A DNA stretch of 62,821 bases, the filler included, from Octopus bimaculoides (lineage: Eukaryota): the NCBI RefSeq assembly GCF_001194135.2. It is 7 parts of 7 records of this genome, joined end to end, with 100 filler letters (N's around TTAATTAATTAA, not from the genome) between each part and the next. Parts side by side here need not be neighbours in the genome. Positions count along the whole stretch, not along the records: positions 1 to 20,686 come from NC_069009.1; 6 more parts are not named here. The stretch is one strand, 5' to 3'. This document shows positions 1 to 12,385 of the stretch, one piece after another (the first letter of the stretch is position 1; each line of letters begins with the position of its first letter). Below the pieces are notes generated by a model. The model saw only the letters and a program-made list of their open reading frames with translations. It was not told the DNA's origin and did not search any database. The translations under genes and the position numbers were made by a program.

Positions 1-481
1 GTGGTGGTGGTGGTGGTGGTGGTGGTGGTATAGGTAGTGGTGGTGGTGATGGTAGTGGTGGTAATAGTTGTCATCATTATGGTGAATGCCCTCATGGCAG
101 TGGTGGTTGTCATTGCCTTGGGGTGGTGGAATTAGTGCAGATGTCCAATTGATACGGAGGGTGTGGTGTTGGTGTTAGTGATGATGATGATGATGATGAT
201 GATGGCAGTGATGATGATGCTGGTGGTTGTCCTTGCTGAATAGCACAAGTGTTTGTACAGTTGTTGGCCATGTGGTATGGAGGTGTTGTTAATGATAGTG
301 GTGGTGATAGTGGTGGTGGTAGTGGTGGTAGTGGTGGTAGTGGTGGTGGTGGTGGTGGTTGAGTGGATGGTTATGGTAGTGGTGGTGAAGGTAATAATAA
401 TGTTGATGATAACCTTTTTTGTGTTTGCTTATATGTCACTTCTATAAATAACATCAAATACATATTGTGAATCTCTGTATA

Positions 482-536
<55 letters not shown>

Positions 537-570
537 CAGTAACAAGAACAACGACAACAACAATAATAAT
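1..570. repeat. (GGT/GAT/GTA)n and (AAT)n microsatellites
   Basis: Directly visible. Confidence 0.9.
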
Positions 571-571
571 G

Positions 572-780
572 ATTTCAAATTTTGGCACAAAGCCAGCAGT
601 TTTTGGGGCAGGGGTAAGTTAATTACATTGACCCCAGTGGTCAATGGTACTTATTTTATCAACCCCTAAAGGGTGAAAGGTAAAGTCAATCTCGGTGGAA
701 TTCGAAGTTGGAATGTAGAGACAGATGAAATGCCCTAAGCATTTTGCCTGGTGCAGTTACGATTTTGTCAGCTCACCACC

Positions 781-783
<3 letters not shown>
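572..783 (-). mobile_element. SINE family A copy flanked by (AAT)n
   Basis: Same head, body and tail motifs as the other family A copies, CpG-decayed. Confidence 0.75.
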
Positions 784-830
<47 letters not shown>

Positions 831-1241
831 TGCCCTAATGCAGTACCAGGCAGTGACTCATGATTTCTGATCTTAACTGATCGGAAGTGTTATTATGTAC
901 ATGTTTTGTCTTGGTATAAAAAAGATGGGCTACAGCAAATATTCTGCTCAATACCAATAACTTGTTTGTCAGTTGCTTGACCGTAACCAGTTGAGCATGT
1001 CCCTTAGTGGCTGACAAAATATGCATCTCTGATCATGAGCATCATAGCCATGTGTCGAGAGGAATACTTTGGAGTTTGAAAATTCACCTCTGGAAACATG
1101 GGTGTTTCGTTCAACATCCTTAAACAGCCTCTATTCAAAGAGTCTTTGAGCAGAACAGGCTACTCAATCTGTAGAAAATTCTAATTGCCCCTCCCCCCCT
1201 GTAAGGTCATGCACTGTTTATCTTGATATGAGATCATCACG

Positions 1242-1590
1242 TCACACACATATGGTTGTGAAGCAGCTGCCTGGTGTACCCTTACCAGGCAGATAGTCAT
1301 GATGTGTATATTGGGCTTCATATATTTCAGTCAACACACTAGAAGGCAGCACCTCTCTCTTTATCCTAACCTTCTTCTTCAAATGAAATTTGAAGAAATT
1401 AATGAGAACTTGGCCAGATAGGAGAGTTCCTGTCAACAAACCTTTCAGATGAGTCCACCACACAACGTCTTTCACTACAGTTACTGAGCAGAGAAAGATC
1501 TGCCTCCTTGCATCAGTCTTTACTATACACTTGGAGGACAGTTGATCAAGGAGTAGACCAAGAATGAGATGGTTGGATAGTATCAATAGT
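1242..1590 (-). mobile_element. 3' coding end of a Tx1-like LINE
   Basis: ARRQIFLCSVTVVKDVVWWTHLKGL..LSGQVLINFFKFHLKKKVRIKREVL resembles a Tx1/L1 ORF2 C-terminus; same strand as the 2650-4560 fragment. Confidence 0.55.
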
Positions 1591-1599
1591 CTCAGTTGG

Positions 1600-2620
1600 C
1601 CATGCTTGGGAATTCAACAAAAAAATGGAATGATGGTTGCTTCTGATAGGACCTTAAGGAGATGCCTGAGGACTCTACGACTCTTTTGTGAATAGAAGGC
1701 AAAAATGTATGGGTTATAATAATAATAAATTCAGGAAACACCATAAGTACTGCAATACCAGGTTTGAAAAGCTGAATATAGCAAAGAAAAAATATCATCT
1801 ATGACCAGAAAACTACAAAACAAAGTGAAACAGTCAATGAACTCAAGAACAGAAGGAAGAATGACAGCACAAATAGCTAGATAGAGAAGTTGCATGGCCA
1901 ATTCATGCAAAAAACAGAGGATGTTGGACGTAAAAAAGACTGTGGCTGTGGCCCACAGATAGAAACCTGAAATAAGAAAGTGAATCACTAATTATAACCA
2001 CACAGGAACTAGCCATTAGGATGAATTTGATAAAACCAAAGATTGATAAAACCTCAGTCAGAGAGTAAATGCAGAATCTGTTAAAAAGGAGATAAAAGTA
2101 GTAACCACCTTTTAAGTGAATGCAGAAAGCTAGCATAAAAAGAGTATAAGTTCAGGCATACATGTGCAACTGAAAGAGTGCATTAGGATGTTATCAGAGT
2201 ATGTAGATTCAAAGTGACAGCAAATCAGTATGAATACAAGCTAGGGGTTATGATGGTGATACAGAATTTTATGGGATTCCCATGAAATCTAACCATACTA
2301 TTGATGCAAGAAAACCCAAGATGATTATAGAGAACAAAATAAACAGTGTGAGATCATATACTTTTCAGTTCCTTATGATAACGAAGTTGATACTAAAAAA
2401 ATTGAAAAAGCAAATTGAGAAATATCAGGATTTAGCCAGAGAGATGAAGAGATTAAGTAAGACTAAGACAACAACCATTCCTGTGGTAATTGGCACAACA
2501 TCCAAATCGATATCTTCACTGCTAATCCACAGAAAAGTCCAGTGTGTATTCTGCAAGAATCCTAAGAAAAAGTCTTTGAGATTTTGGGACATTTGTTGTT
2601 AGCAAACTTCAAGACAACAT
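1600..2620 (+). mobile_element. Decayed RLE-type (R4/Dong/NeSL-like) LINE, 3' part
   Basis: Plus-strand remnants LHGQF, a decayed CCHC knuckle region and EKYQDLAREMKRL..TIPVVIGT, characteristic of the restriction-like endonuclease C-terminus. Confidence 0.72.
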
Positions 2621-2649
2621 CCCTGCAAACTAATACAGCTTGTGGGCCT

Positions 2650-4560
2650 GAAACTGACTGCTTCCAGCACAACCACCAGATTACAATGATTGACTCAATT
2701 GAAAGCTTTCTACTAATCTAAATTAATTAGGGCTCCATCAAAGCCAGCTTGATCCCATTCTTCTCTGTGTAAAGGTAAAGGTTCATGGATAGACCTGTTC
2801 AGGATCATGTATATTTGTGCTACCCCAACTAGGCCATTGACAAATGAGTACCAATCTCTTTGCTAACACCTTGCCCAAAATCTTAAAGTTTCTGTTTAGT
2901 AGAGTTATGGACCAAAGATTGTCTGCTGTTTCCCTTGTCAGTGTCCTTTCTCAGCAGTGTTACAACTCCCTGGCTCACAGCACTGAGAATTCTGTTCTGC
3001 TGCCTGTTGCAGTTGACGTTTGCTAAGAGATCACCAAAAAAGTTTGGCATAAACTCATAGGGCAAACCATGGAACTGTCCAATTTGCACCTTGTGCAACC
3101 ATTCAGTGCCTCTTGTCTTTCAATGGTTATTACCAGCTTTTTACTGTTCCTTGTATCATTTATAAAGAGCCATGGCGACCCAATGAAGTGGCCATTAAAG
3201 TTCAGTCAAATAGTTGATCAAACTATTGCCAAAAAGCTGCACACATCTGCTCAGAAATTAGCAATACACACTTGTTCTAATCTGTTAAAGACCTGATTAT
3301 AATGTAATTGTCACATCGTACCTTCACTACTTGGATCCATCAGACAGGTTTAGTCCTCTCGTGTTTTATTGCACACGATCAAGCTTTGATAATGCAGCTT
3401 TCATGTTTTGCATTGAAAAAAGGTTAAGAACCATTCACACTGTGTTCATGTCAGTAGCAATACCTTTGCTAATTGCATCTTCTGATTAACTGGCTCCTCC
3501 TACTCAAGTCTATTTTTCTCTGTCACTAGCTCTTTGAGAAACATTATTAATTATAATTTAATCACTCTCTTCTTGGTGCCCTATCACTGGTTACAGATTT
3601 GCTAATCCAGTCCCTGTAGTCATTGCAAACCAAGAAAGATGTGTTCAACTTCCAGTAATCAGGTCCCTGTCTATGGATCCTATTTAAGTCAACTGTGGAA
3701 GGTCATTAATTTGTAGTGTGTGTTTCTGACCATTTAGACTATGGACACTGTACATCATCTCTATCCTCCGATCAGACAAAACTCTATCCAGATGTGATCT
3801 AGTTGACATGTAGTGGTTATCCCATATTCACAGTGGCATGTCCAGGAAATTCAGTAGGTACCTATCAAATAGTTGGATTCTTCTGAGCAGAATTTTGAAG
3901 TTATTTTCATTCCACACAGTATGACCATACATCTGAAATCCAACCCACCACTACCATCACTAGTATGAGAGATCAGGACGATCCCAGGAAACTTTCTAGG
4001 TATCTGAAAAATATGGCTATCCTACCTTGTTAGGATTAGTCTGAAAGTACCACCTTTGCTGCCATTCACATCCAGGACCACCAACTTATTGTCCAGGTCG
4101 AATGAGATCGTACCCTTAACTAAAAATCTAAGGATTTCCTAAATAACACTGCCACTCCACCACTTGACCTCGAATGACCACAAGCTCCCTCACTGCCAAC
4201 AAAAATGGATGTGAGAGCTTAAATTCCAGAGATCCTTTCTCACTGATGGCTACTACATCTGTCTACCTGAAGTCATTGAATAAGTGACCTTATTTCCAAG
4301 CTGTCCCCAGACTGTGCAACCTGATTCTGAATACAGCCATGTCCGTCAGAGAAGAAAATGGGAGAGGTTACTCACTTTGGTCCTTGAGGAGGCCAGTTGA
4401 TCTGGTTCTTCTCGCTGATTAAGAAGAATGTTTTGAGAGGCCTTTGTAAAGTATTTCTACTGGGCTTTTTAGAAAAAGCCGAACATCAATGTTTATTTCT
4501 GGAGGCATGTTCACCCCTCACCACACCTTTGCCACATTCTGTCTATATAAGATGGTATGT
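2650..4560 (-). mobile_element. Decayed L1-clade (Tx1-like) LINE: endonuclease and N-terminal RT region
   Basis: Minus-strand frames give GLPYEF..FGDLLA..QQN..SQGVVTLLRKD..KG (RT N-terminal part) and endonuclease-region remnants around 3650-3800; many stops and frameshifts. Confidence 0.7.
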
Positions 4561-5719
4561 GGATGAAATCCTCATTGTTCAGTGAGGTGATGGAATATTT
4601 CTTCGTTTCTTGTTCCATGACAAATCTGATATCTACCAGGCCAAGTTGTTTTCCACAGATAATCTACATATTTCTGTTTTTTTGTCCCGCATAGATTTTG
4701 GGTATCTTTCTACTTGTGTATGTCTGAGCAGCTCAACTTTGTGTGTCTCTATATACTTATACATCAGTAAGTTACTAAGCATCCATATTGTTCTCACTAG
4801 AGTGTCCAATAAAGAGAAACAAACTGGTAGAATCATAGGTACATTGGATAAAACGCTTAACGACATTTCTTCTGACTCTTTCACATTTTGCTGAGGTCAA
4901 CTTTAATCTCTTCAGGGTTGATAAAATAAAGTACCAGCCAAGTTCTAGGGTCACTGTAATCGATTTATCCCCTGCTGCTCAAAATTGCTAGTTTTGAACC
5001 TTGCAATGAGCCAACATTTTATTCAGGAGCAATGTTGTTGTCATGGCCACTCGTATATGCCATGGAAATTGGGAAACTAGCCTTATGAGTCCTGGGTTTC
5101 CAGTGTCCAACAAAACTGTTCTCCTCTGCCATTGTTCAACCTTGTGAAATTATGTTACTTCTTGTAGATTAATGTCATGTTTTGGAATTTGTTAGGCAGC
5201 AAGCTGGTAGAATCAACCTGTCGGACAAAATGCTTAGCAGCATTTTTTTAAAGTTCTGAGTTCAAATTCCACCAAGGTCAAGTTTTCTTTGTGAAGGTGC
5301 ATGATTTAATAGTTAGGATATTCAGCTCATGGTCGTAAAACCATGAGTTTGATTCCTGGCGACGCAATGTGTCCTTGAGCAAGACACTTAATTTCACATT
5401 GCTCCAGTCCACTCAGCTGGCAAAAATCAGTTGTACCTGTAATTCAAAAGGGGCCAGCCTTGTCACATTCTGTGTCATGCTGAATCTCCCAGAGAATTAT
5501 GTTAAAGGGATGCATGTCTGTGGAGTACTCAGCCACTTGTACATTAATTTCAAGAACAAGCTGTTCTGCTGATCAGATCAAATGGAACCCTCGTTATTGT
5601 AACTAATGGAGAGCCAGTTTTTCTTTGGAGTTTGTAGTTTTTATAACCACCACCTTGATATAAATCTTGCAATTATTTTGACCTGACAAGGTCAAAATAA
5701 TAAGAAGCTGACAGAACCA

Positions 5720-5827
5720 TTAACACACTGAATAAAATGCTTAAAAACGTAAAAACAAAAGAAACCCCGTTCAGCATTTGGACCAGTGTGCCAACAATTC
5801 TGCCAGTTTGCCACCTTAATAATAATA

Positions 5828-5879
<52 letters not shown>

Positions 5880-5884
5880 TAATA

Positions 5885-5919
<35 letters not shown>

Positions 5920-7191
5920 TCTTTCAACTATAGGCACAAGGCCTGAAACTTTTGGGGAGGAAGCTAGTTGATTACACTGACCCCCAGGATGTAAGTGGTA
6001 CTTATTTCATCGATCCTGAAAGGATGAAGGGCAAAGTTGACCTTGGCAGAATTTGAACTCAAAACATAAAGACAGACAAAATGCTGCTATGCATTTTGCC
6101 CAGCTTGTTAACAATTCTGCCAGCTTACTGCCTTTCCTTTCTACTATAGGCGCAAGGCCTGAAATTTGGGGAGGAGGGATAGTCAATTACCTCAACCTCA
6201 GTACACAACTGGTACTTATTTCATCGACCCTGAAAGGATAACAGGCAAAGTCAACCTCGGTAGAATTTGAACTCAGAATGTGAAGACATGAAATACTGCA
6301 AAGCATTTCATCCGGTGTACAAAGAATTCTGCCAGCTTGCCAACTTAATCATCATCATCATCATCATCGTTTAACGTCCGCTTTCCATGCTGGCATGGGT
6401 TGGACGATTTGACTGAGGACTGGTGAAACCGGATGGCAACACCAGGCTCCAGTCTGATTTGGCAGAGTTTCTACAGCTGGATGCCCTTCCTAACGCCAAC
6501 CACTCAGAGAGTGTAGTGGGTGCTTTTACGTGTCACCCGCACGAAAACGGCCACGCTCGAAATGGTGTCTTTTATGTGCCACCCGCACAAGAGCCAGTCC
6601 AGGGGCACTGGCAACGATCTCGCTCGAAAATCCTACAGGAGCCAGTCAGGCGGTACTGGCAACGGCCACGCTCAAAATGGTGCATCTCATGTGCCACCCG
6701 CACAAGAACCAGTCCAGGGGCACTGGCAACGATCTTACTTGATGATAATCCTTTCCACTATAGGCATAAGACCTGGTATTTTAAGGGAGAGGATCTAGTT
6801 GATTATATCGACCCCAGAATTCAACTGATACTTATTTTATTGACCTTGAAAAGATGAAAGGCAAAGTCAGCCTCAATGGACTTTCAGCTCAGAACATAAA
6901 AACAGACAAAATGGCACTAAACATTTTTCCCAGCATGCTAAGAATTCTGCCAGCTCACTGCCTTAGTGATAAAGGAAATAGATTCAAATTTTGGTGCAAG
7001 GCCAGCGATTTAAGGGGAGGGAATAAGTCGATTATTTCGACCCCAGTGCTCAAGTGGTACTTATTTTGTCGACCCTGTAAGGATGAAAGGCAAAGATGAC
7101 CTCAGTGGAATTTGAACTCGGAATATGAAGAAGGATGAAATGCTGCTAAGCATTTTGCCAGTGCAGTAACGATTCTGCCAGCTTGTTGCCT
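5720..7191 (-). mobile_element. Cluster of tRNA-derived SINEs (family A): copies at ~5720-5815 (head only), 5920-6135, 6136-6346, 6746-6965, 6981-7191
   Basis: Each full copy carries variants of GAGCTGGCAGAA..TTAGC, the B-box-like GAGTTCAAATT and GACTTTGCCTTTCATCC..AAGTACCAG on the minus strand; the 5720-5815 copy keeps only the head. Confidence 0.8.
6349..6740 (-). mobile_element. Non-autonomous element with an RTE-type 3' tail and internal tandem subrepeats
   Basis: Minus-strand 3' end CCCATGCCAGCATGGAAAGCGGACGTTAAACGATGATGATG (RTE-like tail with (GAT)n); internal ~60-bp module ATGTGCCACCCGCACAAGAGCCAGTCCAGGGGCACTGGCAACGATCT repeated. Confidence 0.7.
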
Positions 7192-7507
7192 TGATAAAGG
7201 AAATATTGATAAGAAAGCATGGCCATACTCTGAGACATACCAATTAACAAAGATATAGTGGTTAAGGATACATTGTCCAGACATTGTTACCAAGAATTAT
7301 CATGATATGAAGTATCATGCATATGTCTTAAATACAGAGGGAACCCATCCAGTTATAAATATCTAGAAATGAGGATCACCAGAATGTCCTGCCCATGCTA
7401 GCACAGAAAGGTGGACGTTTGATGATGTAGGGACCAAAACCTAAACCAAGACCTGAAAGCACACAGCCATACCTGCAACTATAAATTTCATCAATTCTAT
7501 AGTTAAC

Positions 7508-7770
7508 ATTCTTCTTCTTCTTCTTCTTCTTCTTCTTCTTCTTCTTCTTCTTCTCCTCCTCCTCCTCCTCCTCCTCCTCCTTCTTCTTCTTCTTCTTCTT
7601 CTTCTTCTTCCAATTCTTCTTCTTCTTCTTCTTCTTCTTCTTCTTCTTCTTCTTCTTCTTCTTCTCCTTCTTCTTCTTCTTCTTCTTCTTCTTCTTCTTC
7701 TTCTTCTTCTTCCAATTCTTCTTCTTCTTCTTCTTCTTCTTCTTCTTCTTCTTCTTCTTCTTCTTCTTCT
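7508..7770. repeat. Compound (TTC)n/(CTC)n trinucleotide tract, ~263 bp
   Basis: Directly visible; source of the poly-K/R/E ORFs. Confidence 0.97.
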
Positions 7771-8699
7771 TGGGTGTGGATATGATACGTCTGCCTTCAA
7801 TTCTATCTTTCATGTCATAATATAGGATATTAATTAATGATATTAATTAAGAAACATATTAATTACATCAAATATTTCTGTTAAATACTTCTTCTTTTAT
7901 CTAATAATCCTCACTTGTTTTTCTTACAAAATATAACATGTACCTCTACCTTGTACTGATGTGACACAGTAATCAGAATAGTTTGCTCTACAAATATCCA
8001 GAGAGTAAATACCATAGTTAAATTTAAATATATATTCAAATATAGAAAAGCAAATATAGTGTAGAAGTTTGCTTGAAACATTGTAGTACAGAAGTAGAAT
8101 AATGAATGAAATGAAGAATTAAAGAAAGCTTCTAAGAAGGCAGAAAGTTTAAAAACCTTTATATTTTGGGTACAAAGGCCCATCTTCAGAAGGATACAGT
8201 CAAAGAAATGTGCATTTACAGGGATCCTGCAATTCAGGATAGTCCAGTGCTTGTGTAAGTAGTAGCAGCTCTGGTGTAGTTGGTGCTGTACTGCTTACAT
8301 TGGGGATGGTGAAGACTGGCTGCAAATATAATGTATTTTATTTATTTAATGAGAGAGAATACATTTCTTGCAAGACTTCTTTCTTGCAAGGAACCAAACA
8401 ATCAATGTGAAATGAATCTACATAAAAAATTATAAAAAACAAATACTTTACAACAAAACCTCTCTAAACTAAGGACCCTTAAACAAGTATTACCCTTACC
8501 AGAATTAGAAACCCTGTGAAGGACAAACATGCAGTATTAAGGCATAGTATAATATATAAACAAAACCACTACAAACCAAGAAACCAAGAATCCCTGGACA
8601 AGTTCAACCTTATGAGAAGGGTCTATCTACCTCCATCATCAGTCGCCCAACAGATATCATTATGGTTTTGACACTTGGAAGTATATATTACAGTAAGTT

Positions 8700-9062
8700 T
8701 TTCTTTTCTTCATATGGTAGCTCTCTGGAAGTTGTAGATAATTTTCGCTACTTAGGTCACCTAATTATCAGTGGAGGAAGTTGTACAGAAAGTATAATTG
8801 CTGGAATAAGAATAGGATGGAGAAAGTTCAGAGAGCTTTTACTTCTGTTGGTAACCGAATGTCTCTCTTCTTCCGAGTGAAGGGAAGGTGGTATGATGCA
8901 TGTGTATGAACTGTGATGTTGCATGGTAGTGGGACACAGGCCCTTAATGTGGAGGACATGTGAAAGCTGGAGAAGAATGAGTCTGGTATGCTCCACTGGA
9001 TGTGGAATGTTAGTATGCATGTGTGACAGAGTATTGGTGTATTGAGGGAGAAGTTGGGCAAA
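8700..9062 (+). mobile_element. RTE-clade LINE fragment (RT C-terminal part)
   Basis: SLEVVDNFRYLGHLIISGGSCTESIIAGIRIGWRKFRELL.. followed, after frameshifts, by KGRWYDACV..VMLHGS and LREKLG. Confidence 0.8.
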
Positions 9063-9261
9063 GCGAGAAACTAATAATTGAATACTGTGTTATATTGCTT
9101 GCTATGTTTTGTGGTTTTATTTTGCTCATTAGAATCATTCAGTCATTAGGATAATTGAATGGACTCTGTGAAACCTAAGAACATTCTTAGTTTCCATGGC
9201 ATTTAATGTAGAATAATATACAATTGTAGAATGCCATACATTATAATAATATAACAATATT

Positions 9262-9478
9262 TAGGGCAGCTAGCTGGCAGAATAATTAGCATGCTAGGTA
9301 AAATGCTAAGCAGCATTTTGTCTGTCTTTAAGTTCTGAGTTCAAATTCTGTCAAGAGTGACTTTACCTTTCATCCTTTTAGGGCCAATAAAATAAGTACC
9401 TGTTCAGCAGTGGGGATCAATCTAAACATCTTAGCCCCTTCTCAGAAATTTCTGGCCTTGAGCCAAAATTTGAAACCA
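9262..9478 (+). mobile_element. SINE family A copy
   Basis: GCTAGCTGGCAGAATAATTAGC..GAGTTCAAATTCTG..AAGTACC..CCAAAATTTGAAACC. Confidence 0.75.
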
Positions 9479-9757
9479 AAATGATAATATATCATAGTGG
9501 ATTTTTTATGGCTGGATGCCACCCTATGGCCAGACATGTTTTTACAGAATACTGGAAGTAAAGGACAAAACTTGTATGATGGTAACACATGTTTACAGCT
9601 GCCATACAATGTCAAGGAGAGACATACACAGGCTTCTTTCAGTCTCTGGCTACCAAATTCCCACACAAGGATTTGGTTTGCTTGAGGCTAAAGTAGAAAA
9701 TGCTTGTCCAAGGTGCCAAGCTGTAGAATTCAACCTAAGATCATATAGCTAGGAAGA

Positions 9758-9784
<27 letters not shown>

Positions 9785-9788
<4 letters not shown>

Positions 9789-9984
9789 GGCATGGTTGTG
9801 TGGTAAGAAACTTGCTTCCCAACCACATGGTTCTAGGTTCAGTCCCACTGCGTGGCCCTTTGGGCAAGTGTCTTCTACTATAGCTTTAGGCTGAAAAAAG
9901 CCTTGTGAGTGGAAATGGTAGATGGAAACTGAAAGAAACTTGTCGTATACATATNNNNNNNNNNNNNNNNNNNNNNNNNNNNNN

Positions 9985-10034
<50 letters not shown>

Positions 10035-10245
10035 GTATGTGCTTGTGTGTCATGTTTGTCCCTTCACCATTGCTTGATAACCGATGTTGGTGTGTTTACA
10101 TGCCCCTAACTTAGCAGTTTGGCAAAAGACCCCAATAGAATAAGTACTAGGCTTACAAAGAATAAGTCCTGAGTTCAGCTTGTTCGACCAAAGGCGCTGC
10201 TCCAGCATGGCCACAGTCAAATGACAGAAACAAGTAAATGAATAA
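9785..10245 (+). mobile_element. SINE family B copy spanning a small gap
   Basis: Head GTTGTGTGGTAAGAAACTTGC..GGTTCAGTCCCAC; tail GCTCCAGCATGGCCACAGTCAAATGAC. Confidence 0.8.
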
Positions 10246-10767
10246 AAGAATATATAGATATATAGACACATGCATGGCTGTATGGTAAAAAGCTTGTTTT
10301 CAGGCAAGTATCTTCTATTATTGACTTGGTCCGACCAAAGTGTTATGAGTAGATTTGGTAGATGGAAACTAAAAGAAGCCCATTGTATATGTGTGTGTGT
10401 TTGACCCTATGACACAAACACACACATACTGCCATCACTCAGCAACTGGTGTTAGTTTGTTTACATCCCCATAACTTAGCAGTTCAGCAAAAGTAACCAA
10501 TAGAATAAGTACCAGGCTTAAAAAAAATAAATGCTTGAGTTCATTCATTCAACTAAAAGTTCTCTGAGCCAATGCTCCGGCATGGCCACAGTCTAATACT
10601 GAAACAAGTAATAGTTAAAAGATAGTATTCAGATATATAGTATATAGCGGTATATATTGTTATTTGGTGGTATATAATAGTATATAGCAATAGTATACAT
10701 GCACAGGTGTATACATACATGCATATATATATTGTATGTATATATACATACATATATTATAGAATAG

Positions 10768-10801
<34 letters not shown>

Positions 10802-10808
10802 GTATTTA

Positions 10809-10851
<43 letters not shown>

Positions 10852-11733
10852 GTGTGTATGTATATATGAATATGTGTATGTATGAAAATGTGTGTGCGTG
10901 TATGTATATGTGTGTGTAAAGATATATATGTATGTGTGTGTGTGTGTGTACAAGTACATATAGATATGCAGGTATTTTTATATATGAATATATGAATGAA
11001 CGCATCTATATATGTCAATGTGGATGCACATACATATATACACGTGTGTGTTTTTTCAGATAAGTAGGTAGTTATATAGGTAGGTATGTAGAATGGTTTC
11101 TACGGTGATGTAAGTGATAAAGTGGTGGTGGGTTAGGGTGGGGATAATGATGGTGGCAGTGGAAGTGGTAGTGGTAGTGGCAGTCGTATTTGTTTTTAAC
11201 CCCAGGTCTGCCCTGATCCTGTAGACCTATGATTAAAGGTGTTCCATCCATGGCCATCATGTCCTTGTTTCAGTCATGCTGTATCCAGGGTCACATTTTG
11301 CATACAATTCATATCAGCCTATTTTCTTACATTGTAAACTCTATTTTGTAGGGAAAATGGTTTGGTTGCTATTTCTAGCAGTTTGTACGACTATATGAGG
11401 GCATCTTTATTTGCTGTGGTGGTGATAGTGGAGGTAGCAACGGTCATGATTAGGTTGGTTTAGCCCCAGGTCAGTCCTGATCCAATAGGCCTATGATCTA
11501 AGATGCTCCAGTTGTGACCATCCAATCTATTATTCTGACATAATGCATCTAAGACTACATTATTTAACATACAAGTGAAAGTGTGGGTGTGTGGTAAGAA
11601 CCTTGCTTCCCAACCACATAGTTCTGGGTTCAGTCCCACTCCATGGCACTTTGGGAAAGTGTTTTCTACTATAGCTTTGGGCCAACCAAAGCCTTGTGAG
11701 TGGATTTGGTAGATGGAAACTGAAAGAAGCCTG

Positions 11734-11797
<64 letters not shown>

Positions 11798-11799
<2 letters not shown>

Positions 11800-12159
11800 T
11801 CATTTACTTGTTTCAGTCATTTGACTGCAGCCATGCTGGAGCACCACCTTAAAGGGTTTTTTGTTGAAGAAATTGACCCCAAGACTTATTCTTTGTAAGC
11901 CTAGTATCTATTTGGTCTCTTTTGCCAAACCACTAAGTTACTGGAACACAGACACACCAACATCAGTTTTCAAGCGATGGTGATGGGGGGTGGACAAGCA
12001 CAGACACAAAAACACTCACATGTAAATATATATACAGGGTGTCCACAAAGTCTGGCTACATGGAGTAAATAAAAATCATAACATAAACAATTGAATATAA
12101 GAAATAATAATTTCTTAAAGTATGTGTTAATCCCCATGTACCCAGACTTTGTGGACACC

Positions 12160-12239
<80 letters not shown>

Positions 12240-12385
12240 GATGGGCTTCTTTCAGTTCCCATCTACTAAATCCACTCACAAGGCTTTGGTTGGCCTGAGA
12301 CTATAGAAGAAGACATCCAAGTTGCCACACAGTGGGTCTGAACCCAGAACCATGTGGCTGGGAAACAAACTTCTTACCACACAGC
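11798..12385 (-). mobile_element. SINE family B copy interrupted by a mariner-type MITE
   Basis: Tail at 11798-12015, head at 12238-12385, MITE at 12035-12162 inside the internal (TA)n. Confidence 0.75.
12035..12162. mobile_element. Tc1/mariner-type MITE, 128 bp
   Basis: 29-bp TIR CAGGGTGTCCACAAAGTCTGG(C/G)TACATGG with one mismatch; TA on both sides. Confidence 0.88.

Noticed and set aside
6423-6857. 144-aa ORF with repeated VPPAQEPVQGHWQRS
   Set aside because: Lies in a non-autonomous repeat with internal tandem subunits and crosses into an adjacent SINE.
7376-7813. Poly-K/R/E ORFs
   Set aside because: Translation of (GAA)n/(GAG)n.
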